The position numbers were made by a program, and so were the translations under genes. A stretch of DNA of 64,000 nucleotides from a virus (lineage: Duplodnaviria > Caudoviricetes). Shown here in pieces: positions 34,080 to 42,418 of the stretch. Under the pieces are notes generated by a model. It had not been told where the DNA came from. It searched no databases and worked only from the letters and a program-made list of their open reading frames with translations. The DNA is taken from positions 125,812 to 189,811 of the IMG/VR virus record IMGVR_UViG_3300021387_001709. One strand, 5' to 3'. Each line of letters starts with the position of its first letter. The first letter of the stretch is position 1.

Positions 34080-34976
34080 ATGTATAACGCAGAACGTAAA
34101 CATCAGTTCCTTAATGAACGCAGAAGCGAAGTGGAGTTATCTCCAAACACAGAAATCTGGTTTGAATCAATGGAATATTTTGAGAAGGAATATGATCGCG
34201 ACATTTGCGAATGGACGTCAACCGAAATCATTCGATACATGAAATATATGAGTACTCCGCGGGTGCAGACATTGATTATCTTTAAGGGATCAATGAGTAT
34301 TTACGTTGACTGGTGCATAACCAACCGGTTGGTTGATGATAATCAGAACCATTTTACGGAACTCACTACAGAAACCCTTTGTGAGTGTATTGATTTCACA
34401 AAGTTACGTTCGCTGATTCTTACTCGGGAGGAGTTGCTGGAGAATATCCGCACACTAAACAACTATTCCGATCAATTCATATTCCTCGGGTTGTTCGAGG
34501 GTATCAATGCGCAGAACTTAATTAATGTTGGTGTATCCGATATTGATGGAAATGAATTGCATCTTCATGATGGAAAAACAATTACAATCAGTAACGGCCT
34601 TCGCCACACTATTCTGATGGCAGCGGAAGAAACGACCTGGATTAGCACCAAGAGCCGTCAAAAAGAATATGACTATATCCCGTCCGATAAGATAATTCGC
34701 ATAATTGACCGTAAAAATCCGCAAACAAATATGATGCTGTTACTCGGCGGAAGGTTTAGAGGTGCGCTTGCGTTTATGGGCTTACCGAGCGAAATCTCGC
34801 GAAAGGATATAATGGAATCCGGGCGCCTGGATTATATCCAGAATATTATGAAGGAAAAGAATATGTCACTACATGATGTGATTTTTAATAGTGACATTCG
34901 AAACGATGTAGAATCAAGATATGGTAAAATACAGAATTGCGGCGTATATGTTAACATATACGGAAAATTAATTTAA
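34080..34976 (+). CDS. MrpR/YopR-like lysogeny repressor (catalytically dead tyrosine-recombinase fold)
   Basis: MYNAERK..FL, FEKEYDRDICEW, IFLGLFEGI, ESGR; lacks the R-HxxR-H-Y set; synteny matches yopP-yopQ-yopR. Confidence 0.65.
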   Translation: MYNAERKHQFLNERRSEVELSPNTEIWFESMEYFEKEYDRDICEWTSTEIIRYMKYMSTPRVQTLIIFKGSMSIYVDWCITNRLVDDNQNHFTELTTETLCECIDFTKLRSLILTREELLENIRTLNNYSDQFIFLGLFEGINAQNLINVGVSDIDGNELHLHDGKTITISNGLRHTILMAAEETTWISTKSRQKEYDYIPSDKIIRIIDRKNPQTNMMLLLGGRFRGALAFMGLPSEISRKDIMESGRLDYIQNIMKEKNMSLHDVIFNSDIRNDVESRYGKIQNCGVYVNIYGKLI

Positions 34977-34983
34977 ATCCGGC

Positions 34984-35037
34984 TTGCAAGATGAAACAAG
35001 ATGTGCTATTATAACATCAGAATCGAACAGATGTTCG
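34984..35037 (+). promoter_or_regulatory. sigma-A promoter with LexA/DinR SOS (Cheo) box
   Basis: TTGCAA-17-TATTAT, then a perfect CGAAC-AGAT-GTTCG at 35024-35037. Confidence 0.85.
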
Positions 35038-35108
35038 AGTTAATTGTTCGATATCTTCCCTGGTAGGGAGATACTGCTGGGGAAGACCTTAATGGAGGGA
35101 AATGCTAT

Positions 35109-35387
35109 ATGATGAACGCAAGAGAAGCACTGGTAAAAAGACTTGAGGATGTTTGCTATACCAAAATCGCAATAACCGTAGGAATGAGAACAAACCCGGA
35201 TATGGGGATCGGAATAAACATGGATGTAGTATTAGAGGATGTGTCGGACGACGAGAATATAATCTATCTGGAAATAGAAAATGGTACATTCAGCGTGGAC
35301 GCTACCAACGTGGAATATGATGAAACGATTGATTGCTATGAATGCTATGGGAATGATGGAAATGTGGTGTTTGAATTTATTTTCTAA
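35109..35387 (+). CDS. small acidic protein under SOS control (candidate induction factor)
   Basis: GGAGG RBS; directly downstream of the Cheo box. Confidence 0.7.
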   Translation: MMNAREALVKRLEDVCYTKIAITVGMRTNPDMGIGINMDVVLEDVSDDENIIYLEIENGTFSVDATNVEYDETIDCYECYGNDGNVVFEFIF

Positions 35388-35389
35388 AA

Positions 35390-35456
35390 AATTATTAAAA
35401 AGGGTATTGACAACAGAGAAAATCTGTTGTACAATCCCTATAGATTAATTATTAAA
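35390..35456 (+). promoter_or_regulatory. sigma-A promoter flanked by operator motifs
   Basis: AATTATTAAA at 35390; TTGACA(35407)-17-TACAAT; TTAATTATTAAA at 35445. Confidence 0.8.
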
Positions 35457-35491
35457 GACAAATTAATTGATTAACAAAGGAGAAACAAATT

Positions 35492-35869
35492 ATGGCTAGA
35501 GCTGGCAAGATGAAGAAAAAATGTGAAAAATATAGAAACCAGGGACGTAAGGAAATCAATAAAGAACTTCGTGCAAAGCGTCACGAGGCTCGTATGAAGA
35601 AATTTGCAGATCGCCGAGAAGCCGGCAAAACATATAAGTATAAACCCAATCCTTATAAAGAAGAAACATTCGAATATAATCGTGAAGTTCTGGAACGTGC
35701 CGAGAAGAACAGATCTAAGCGAACAGAATTTGATAAAATGAAATCTATCATGCGCAAACTTCAGAACAAAATCAATGCGCAGAAAAAGGCGGCGAAAGCT
35801 GCGGAGAGTAGTACTACGGAGAAGAAATCTCCGAGGAAAAATAAGAGGAGGAAAAATGATGATAATTAA
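35492..35869 (+). CDS. very basic (K/R-rich) small protein
   Basis: Composition; AAGGAG RBS. Confidence 0.7.
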   Translation: MARAGKMKKKCEKYRNQGRKEINKELRAKRHEARMKKFADRREAGKTYKYKPNPYKEETFEYNREVLERAEKNRSKRTEFDKMKSIMRKLQNKINAQKKAAKAAESSTTEKKSPRKNKRRKNDDN

Positions 35870-36414
35870 ATGGAATCATTATTATAGTAGCGAATGGAAA
35901 ACAACAAACATAAATGTTTCTTATGCGGAAATGAATTAATTATTAAATGGGATGAAAAAGGATATGGCTATTCGACTAAGTTAGGTGTATGCCCGGGATG
36001 TGGTAAAGTTGTCATCCTAGAAATCATAGAAGACAGATGGATTACGGATTGGGGGCGAGAGTTATTTGAGTACGATAAAAACAAACTTTGATGTGGTAAA
36101 AGGATTCGATGCTGAGAGGATGGCAGCTTTCTTAGCTTCTATAGAAAAAGATATCTGTGATGGTCATAACATTGAAGTGAGTGAATTCGATCTCGAAATG
36201 TTGAAGATAAAGTATTATAAATTCTTGCTCACTCCATGTCCGGAATATTTGGGAGTAGTTGATTAGAGGTAAGGCAAGGCAAATCTAATGTATTTGGTAG
36301 TGTTAATATTTGGGATTTGCATAGGGGTTATGGTAGCAGGCGGAGCAACGATATTATTTATTGTCTCAATTACTCCGCAGAAAGAGTTATACGAGTTATT
36401 AAAGGAGGACAACA

Positions 36415-36921
36415 ATGACAACAGTAACGGTAACGTCCAAAGAAGCAAACAACATACTTCGAAAACTGTACGAAGAAAAAAGTAATTTCCGCAATAAGGA
36501 AATAGACGGAATGGAATTCCATGCGGCTGTCGGCGAAAAGCTTGATGATGTTCGCCCGGATTACAACTTTGAAGAGACTAAAGAATGTATTGAAATTATT
36601 GACAACCAGATTCTTGCTATCAAACATGCGATTAACTTGTTCAACAGTTCCACGATTGTCGGAGATACCGGGCTAACAATTGACCAGGTGTTGATTAAAC
36701 TCGGTATGTTGACAGAGCGAAAACAAAAATTCGCCCGTATGAGAAGTATGCAAGAGAAACGCAGAGGTCAAATTACGGGAAATGTAATTGACTATATCTA
36801 TGCTAACTTCGACATTGAAGCCGCCGACATGGCATATGAAGAAGCCGACACTGAGTTAAAGCATCTCCAGACGGCACTTGATCTGGTGAATAATACAGTA
36901 ACTTTCGAAATTAGTTATTAA
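36415..36921 (+). CDS. DIP1984-like coiled-coil protein, copy 1
   Basis: T..EA...L; IKHAINLFNSSTIV...LTIDQ; LD..N...TFEISY; similar in layout to 38190..38822. Confidence 0.7.
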   Translation: MTTVTVTSKEANNILRKLYEEKSNFRNKEIDGMEFHAAVGEKLDDVRPDYNFEETKECIEIIDNQILAIKHAINLFNSSTIVGDTGLTIDQVLIKLGMLTERKQKFARMRSMQEKRRGQITGNVIDYIYANFDIEAADMAYEEADTELKHLQTALDLVNNTVTFEISY

Positions 36922-36935
36922 AGGAAATTAAAATT

Positions 36936-37137
36936 TTCCGTCGTCCGGTAATGTTCAAATGATATTTTAACAATAAATCTGTGGTTGTACATGGTTATGT
37001 TTTATATGCGTTATTAATTTGAATTATTTGTTATATGTATTAGTCCACGGTGCTAAAGTATTCAAGTTCTTTAGGGATGAACATCATTACAGTAAATTCT
37101 GGTTCTACTGGATGAAAAAACTTCTTTGGCGACGGAA
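36936..37137 (+). ncRNA. structured ncRNA directly downstream of coiled-coil gene 1
   Basis: Closing stem TTCCGTCGTC/GGCGACGGAA; ATGTTCA/TGAACAT; CTGTGG/CCACGG enclosing TTAT repeats; CTAAAG/CTTTAG hairpin. Confidence 0.6.
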
Positions 37138-37239
37138 GTACGGTTATAAGTTGCCACTTAAAGGAGACCAAATTATTTAACATAGTGAAACTCAACTTGT
37201 GTGGGCGATCCACATAGCCGTGATAGGCGGTAAAATTAT

Positions 37240-37329
37240 GGGGGTATGGCGAAATTGGCTAGACGCTGCGGGCTTAAAACCCGTTGGATATATTGTAATT
37301 CCATGAGGATTCGAATTCCTCTACCCCTA
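37240..37329 (+). tRNA. tRNA-Leu(UAA)
   Basis: Cloverleaf; anticodon arm GCGGG-CTTAAAA-CCCGT; long variable arm; T-loop TTCGAAT. Confidence 0.9.
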
Positions 37330-37331
37330 CG

Positions 37332-37597
37332 GAAGGTAAAGGCAGCCGGTTAAATAAACCGGTGAGTAGGTTGAAACGATAGCCAAGACCGTAAGGTAAG
37401 GTCAACGACTATTTCTCGTAAGAGAAAGTAGGGAGTAAGCTATTGACTCTCGAAATGCTTAGGTCTAAACAGGTAATGCTGTAGAATAAGATATAGTCTG
37501 TACTTATTGGAAACAATAAGAAGTTCATTTGAGAACTACATGGGACTAGCGACCCCATGTGAACATTTTTTTACATATCTACTCAGCCGATACCTTC
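37332..37597 (+). ncRNA. group I intron 3' catalytic half (Q, R, S, P7-P9.2) inside a closing helix
   Basis: Q-like AAACGATAGCCAAG; R GGTCAACGACTA (37400-37411); S AAGATATAGTC (37488-37498); P7 GACTA/TAGTC; P7.1, P7.2, P8, P9, P9.1 and P9.2 hairpins; flanks GAAGGTA/TACCTTC and TGAGTAG/CTACTCA pair. Confidence 0.65.
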
Positions 37598-37727
37598 TCG
37601 ATGCACCGACTAATAATTACTTAAACAGCAACAACTAGACTATCGGCAGACTGGCTTTTACACTGTAGTGCATTATGGTGACCCTGTTGCTGGGGTTGAA
37701 ATAATAAGGCGAATCTGTACGGACGGT

Positions 37728-37840
37728 ATTCAATCAAAACTCCTTGACGAGCAATGAGGAGCGGATGTGGTGTGGCAACGCAGACCAACTTGTAGTGTCT
37801 CGGCGTTATGTAATTGTAAATCCGGAGTTTTTGATTGAAT
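37728..37840 (+). ncRNA. structured RNA with a long closing stem
   Basis: ATTCAATCAAAACTCC/GGAGTTTTTGATTGAAT (16 bp, 1 bulge) with internal hairpins. Confidence 0.5.
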
Positions 37841-37846
37841 CTGTTT

Positions 37847-37920
37847 GGAACATTAGCTCAGTTGGTCAGAGCCACCGGCTCATAACCGGTCGGTCCCAGG
37901 TTCGAGTCCTGGATGTTCCA
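37847..37920 (+). tRNA. tRNA-Ile2/Met (CAU)
   Basis: Cloverleaf; ACCGG-CTCATAA-CCGGT; resembles the Firmicute Ile2 type. Confidence 0.9.
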
Positions 37921-37938
37921 CTGTAGGAGAACCTACAT

Positions 37939-38051
37939 TATGTGGTGGCGGAATAGGTAAACGCTTTGGAAGATAAGATGGCTACTAACGTAGGTGGCGA
38001 AATTAGTTCGGCAAAAGTCATCATGTGAGGTGCAAATCCTCCCCCACATAA
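37939..38051 (+). ncRNA. tRNA-like RNA (Leu-type D/T arms, no anticodon stem, extended variable arm)
   Basis: TATGTGG/CCACATA acceptor; GCG-GAATAGGTAAA-CGC D arm; GAGG-TGCAAAT-CCTC T arm; GATGGCT/AGTCATC long arm. Confidence 0.6.
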
Positions 38052-38053
38052 TT

Positions 38054-38140
38054 GACTCTATAGAATAATGGAAGTCGATTTAAGCTAGTAGTTCACTCCA
38101 TGGTTAGGGAGAGGTTCCGGTTCAATTCCGGATAGAGTCG
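38054..38140 (+). ncRNA. tRNA-like RNA with expanded D loop and abnormal anticodon loop
   Basis: GACTCTA/TAGAGTC acceptor; TCCGG-TTCAATT-CCGGA T arm; CTCC-ATGGTTAG-GGAG with an 8-nt loop. Confidence 0.6.
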
Positions 38141-38189
38141 TTTCCGATTAGAACTTATAATTTATTTATTAAACAAAGGAGAATTAACT

Positions 38190-38822
38190 ATGAGAAAAAT
38201 CACAGTAACAGAGGCACTGAAAGAACTGAAACTTTATGATGACAAAATTTATAAGGCAATTGGTCGTGCCGAATTTGTCGGAGCAGCCAAGAAAAATTCG
38301 GATTTAATCGGTCACAAAAAGAAATCTATCTACGAGAATGATGCGCAGTCCTCGTTCGACTCTATCACGGCTATGATTGATAACCGAGACACCCTCAAGA
38401 GCGCAATTGTTAACTCTAACGCGATCACCAAGGTAGAAATTGGCGGAATAACGATGACTGTCGCCGCTGCTATAGAAAAGAAGAGTTCGATTGAGTATGA
38501 TAAGAGATTTTTATGTGCAATGAAAGAGCAATTTGATTCGGCTGTTTCCACTGTTGCCCGTGAGAACGCAAAAGTGGACGCTCAGTGCGACAGATTGATC
38601 GAAACACAGCTTTCCGGCGATAATAAGACAAAAATTGACAAAGTTGACATAGAAGCCTTTACGGCGCCGTATAGAAAGCAAAGGGAATTTGCCATTGTCG
38701 ATCCGCTCGACATTGAAAAGAAGATTGCCGAGTTGGAGTCCAGGATTGATGCGTTTGAAGCTGAGGTTGATACGAAGCTAAACGTGTCGAATGCACTGAC
38801 TACAATAGAAATTGATTTTTAA
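38190..38822 (+). CDS. DIP1984-like coiled-coil protein, copy 2
   Basis: TVTEALKELK; LKSAIVNSNAITKV.IGG.TMTVAAAI; VDTKLNVSNALTTIEIDF. Confidence 0.75.
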   Translation: MRKITVTEALKELKLYDDKIYKAIGRAEFVGAAKKNSDLIGHKKKSIYENDAQSSFDSITAMIDNRDTLKSAIVNSNAITKVEIGGITMTVAAAIEKKSSIEYDKRFLCAMKEQFDSAVSTVARENAKVDAQCDRLIETQLSGDNKTKIDKVDIEAFTAPYRKQREFAIVDPLDIEKKIAELESRIDAFEAEVDTKLNVSNALTTIEIDF

Positions 38823-38835
38823 TTATTAAATAATC

Positions 38836-39202
38836 TATTGCGGCTATATCGAAATTCGCAAACTTAAGCCCCTCGCCGGGAGGGTTATCCCGGCTCCATT
38901 TAAAACATCATAATATCGAGATGAAGCGATATGATATTATACAGTGTTTTCTCATATGAGCAGCATCAATATTGCAATGCTGACGGGATGAGAAATCAAA
39001 TGTAAATCGGCTTAAGCGCTCAGTTATCATTGATTATTGTTTAGTGGATGCCACAGTGGATGTGGCGATTTAGAACTCAGCATTCTTTTTATGTAGGGCT
39101 TAGGGAACTTAATTATTAATTTTCGATAAAATCCTCGACTAAAGTTTATGGGTATCGCTTATTCGACCCTGCGAATTGTACGAGGCTGATATAGCCGCAA
39201 TA
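38836..39202 (+). ncRNA. large pseudoknotted ncRNA directly downstream of coiled-coil gene 2
   Basis: Perfect 15-bp closing stem TATTGCGGCTATATC/GATATAGCCGCAATA; AATTCGCA/TGCGAATT; AAACTT/AAGTTT; TAAGCCC/GGGCTTA; CCTCG/CGAGG; several hairpins. Confidence 0.75.
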
Positions 39203-39206
39203 ATAA

Positions 39207-39299
39207 GGGAACGTAGTTTAATAAGGTGCCAAAAAATAAATCCTTATGGTAAAACACTTTTGCGCAAAAGAGATGCAAGTTCAAATCTTGCCGATCCCA
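39207..39299 (+). ncRNA. tRNA-like RNA with a hairpin inserted in the D loop and a 4-nt anticodon loop
   Basis: GGGAACG/CGATCCC acceptor; TAAGG...CCTTA insert; CTTTT-GCGC-AAAAG; GCAAG-TTCAAAT-CTTGC T arm. Confidence 0.6.
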
Positions 39300-39364
39300 C
39301 TAGCTAGAGTAAGTCGGTGAAGTACAAGCTGTCCGAAATAGTGAAAGCACATGTGTAATTGGTT

Positions 39365-39437
39365 ATCTGTATCGTATAATGGTGAATTACGCCCGTCTTC
39401 CACTCGGGAAATGGTTGTTCGAATCGGCCTACAGATA
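39365..39437 (+). tRNA. tRNA-Gly(UCC) with atypical acceptor end
   Basis: Cloverleaf with CT-TCC-AC loop; A1-U72 and A73 are atypical for Gly. Confidence 0.75.
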
Positions 39438-39440
39438 TCA

Positions 39441-39628
39441 TGGTTGTCCAGGAATCCAGCTTATCTTGATTGTGGATAAAGGTAAGCGAAAGCAGATTGG
39501 CAAAAAGACCGCATCCACAAGTGGTTGTATGCTCGCGGTAGAATAACATGCGAATGACATGGCTACCAAAAACTGGTGACACTCGGGAAAGGCTGAGAAG
39601 TACGTACTTGTAACTCGGTAATTGACCA
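39441..39628 (+). ncRNA. putative structured RNA
   Basis: TGGTTG/TGACCA ends; TTGTGGAT/ATCCACAA; GCTTATC/GGTAAGC; ACCGC/GCGGT. Confidence 0.45.
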
Positions 39629-39776
39629 CAGTAACTTTTTATCTAGTGTAACAATTTACTTGTTGCAAACCCCGACGACTCGGAAAGACGAGCACTGCAA
39701 TATTACTTAACAGAAACAGAAATGAAATAACTTAAAGTGAGGTTTTGTGGCGAGGGTATTTTCTCGCCACATGCAA

Positions 39777-39867
39777 TCTTAAGCAAGGTGCCATAAGACG
39801 GGTTTTTGGCTTAATCAGCCCCGCACGATGCGCAAATGAATTTCGTGGAACACGGCCTTGTTTGAGA
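39777..39867 (+). ncRNA. putative multi-branch structured RNA
   Basis: 12-bp closing stem TCTTAAGCAAGG/CCTTGTTTGAGA; CGGG/CCCG and CACGA/TCGTG branches. Confidence 0.45.
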
Positions 39868-39923
39868 GTTTATTTTTGGTCAAGAATTAAAATTTAGGCG
39901 GTGATTAACTCACTGCCCATTAC

Positions 39924-39998
39924 AGGGCGTTCGCCAAGTCAGGTCTAAGGCCACAGTCTTTGAAGCTGTCATCATCCGTCCGAATCGGATACGCCCTG
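39924..39998 (+). tRNA. tRNA-Gln(UUG)
   Basis: AGGGCGT/ACGCCCT acceptor; ACAGT-CTTTGAA-GCTGT anticodon arm. Confidence 0.85.
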
Positions 39999-40047
39999 CT
40001 CTAGTAATTACAACAAAAAACAACTTATTAAAAGCGAGGTAAATCAA

Positions 40048-40680
40048 TTGATTAAAGTAGAAAATATTGAAGTGTTTAACTTCGAAGGAGCAGTTAGAGG
40101 AATGCGTAATCCACTAAATAGTTGGTCCAAGTCCGATAGTCATACGGAAACTGATTATGCTAATAACACAACCAAGTTTGTAATCGGAGAGAACGATCTG
40201 AATTTAATGAGAAGGTTATACAAAGCCGGACCGGAGCACCGTAAATATCTGAGAATGATTCATGTAAGTATGGATATTATTGCTCCAGATTATTTTTTCA
40301 AGGAATTTGATACATATCGCGTTGGAGTTACGGAGAACTCCACTTCTACTATGCACAAGCTGACGAGTAAACCGCTCACAATTGATTGTTTTTCGCTGGA
40401 AGATATGAATTGGGAAGAAGCAAATGCAATTGTAGAACACAATGAAAAACGTAGATTAAATTATCTCGAGGACAAGACCGAGGAAAACTGGAGATCTCTT
40501 ATCCAGGGGTTACCTATGTCATATAATTATCGAAGAACAATTGATATGAACTACGAAAATGTTATTACAATGATACATCAGCGTTCCGGACATAAACTTT
40601 CTGAATGGAGAAACTTCGTAACCATCCTCAAAGACCTACCATATATTATGGAGATTATCAATGAAAGAATTATTGGATAA
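40048..40680 (+). CDS. ThyX-like (flavin-dependent thymidylate synthase-related) protein
   Basis: GMRNPLNSW, EHRKYLR, EFDTYRVG..ENSTSTMH, QRSGHKLSEW. Confidence 0.65.
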   Translation: MIKVENIEVFNFEGAVRGMRNPLNSWSKSDSHTETDYANNTTKFVIGENDLNLMRRLYKAGPEHRKYLRMIHVSMDIIAPDYFFKEFDTYRVGVTENSTSTMHKLTSKPLTIDCFSLEDMNWEEANAIVEHNEKRRLNYLEDKTEENWRSLIQGLPMSYNYRRTIDMNYENVITMIHQRSGHKLSEWRNFVTILKDLPYIMEIINERIIG

Positions 40681-41426
40681 ACAAGAAATCCTTACCAAAG
40701 CGAAAAATTTGTGTGATGGATGTTATCTTATGGAACATTGTGGATAATGCAATCCAGATTGTAGATTGCGACAGGCAATTGATATGATTGAAGGATCATT
40801 TTCGTGGTCTTACGAAAATGATAGCAGGAGACAAAATGGAAGCACTCGATAAAATTGAAATAGTCGCAAAGAACTACTTCAAAGAAGACTGCGACGTAAA
40901 TATGCTGAAGCGTTTAGCTGAGGATATTTATATTAGCGGATTTAAGCGAGGAATAGAGGCAAAATCAAAACCCGTGACAAATAGTCACGATTTCGACCGG
41001 TGGTGGAGTGATTATATAACATCACATACCACGGAGAAAGATACTGATGAAAATTCCAGCAATAAAGTAGTTAATTTTAAACCAGGAGACAAATTTATCC
41101 TTGAGTTAGGGCAAGAACGCAGAATGTTTGGCGAGTTTGAAATCGCCGGCACTGACCTGTATGTAAAGACCAACTTGCTAGAGAAGCTGAAGAGGTGCGA
41201 GGATGAAACGTAAAAAGATTATTGCAACTATTGCTGTTCTCGGCATGGCATTATTGACAGGATGCGGTGGTAAACAATATCCGGAAGTGATTATCAATAC
41301 TTCTGTGTTTAGCAGTTATAGGACAATCAGTATTGGTGATCCATATGAATACATCGGGTTTGATATCGAATCGACAGATGGTGGCAAAGATTTGATTTTA
41401 CATTTTGAAACAGAAAGGCGTAATGA

Positions 41427-42418
41427 TGAGCGGATGGGGGATAGCTGATACAGCACCAAAAATTGAAAAAATCAAAGCTGAATCAGCCGATTATCTGCAC
41501 GGATTAGATTCCTGCGGAAAAATAGAGTGGTCGACTTATTCAGATATGTTTGATTTTTACGCAGATCTGATTGAAAAAGCATACGCACAAGGAAAAGAGG
41601 ATGCACAGCCCGAAATTGTGACGGATTGTCACGACTTGACGGGTGATTTGTTAAGCAGAAAGCTGTTATTGATGCGATCTATAAAAACGGTTGCAATACA
41701 CGAAGGATTCTTGATGCAGTTGAAGCGTTGCCATCCGCACAGCCCAAAATTATCCATTGTGAGTTTTGCAAACACTGGAAAAACAATCACTTGTGTGAAT
41801 GTCTGAGCAGATATGGAACATTTGAAACACCGAAAGACTTCTTTTGTGGGTACGGAAAGGCGAAATGATGGATGATTTAATCAGCAGACAGGCTGCGATT
41901 GGTTACATTAATAAGCAGAGAGAGTTTTTACGGCCTGACATTTATGAACAAGATTATATTGGAGATGCGACATATAAGGTATGTGCCGAAATTATTGAAC
42001 GGCTACCATCTGCACAGCCAGATGGGATTCCTCTTGAATGGATCGATAAACATCTTGAATGGCTCGATAACTGCGACAATGATTTTGCGCAGCTTGCAAA
42101 AGCCAGTATAAAAGCGATGGTGGAAATATGGAAAAAAGACAAGACTTAATAAGCAGACAGGCGGCGATTGATGCGCTGAGAGTTGCGTACTGGGACGACA
42201 ACATTCAATCTGCAAAAGACGATCCTTGTATAGTTGATGCTATGACGGATTGGGCAATCAGACAGGTAAAAGCACTTCCATCAGTACAGCCCGAACGCAA
42301 GACGGGGCGGTGGATTGACGATAACTGCTCTGAATGTGGGCAATATGTGTTTCACGGGGACGCAAGAAATTTCTGCCCGAACTGTGGAAGCCCAATGCTG
42401 AAGGAAGGTGAAGGGTGA
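41427..42418 (+). repeat. tandem modular small genes sharing DLISRQAAI...LPSAQP modules
   Basis: GA(T/C)TTAAT(C/A)AGCAGACAGGC-like units at about 41645, 41873 and 42143; CCATCNG(C/T)ACAGCC at about 41731, 42006 and 42278. Confidence 0.7.

Noticed and set aside
37744-37926. 60-aa ORF, plus the ORFs at 39304-39629
   Set aside because: They overlap tRNA and structured RNA; no RBS
38855-39110. Pistol ribozyme (TTAAGCCC / TAGGGC resemblance)
   Set aside because: Order and spacing do not fit; these segments simply pair with each other within the larger RNA
37240-39998. Amber suppressor tRNA (CUA) or tmRNA
   Set aside because: Readable anticodons are UAA, CAU, UCC and UUG; no tmRNA tag frame or Ala-type ends found
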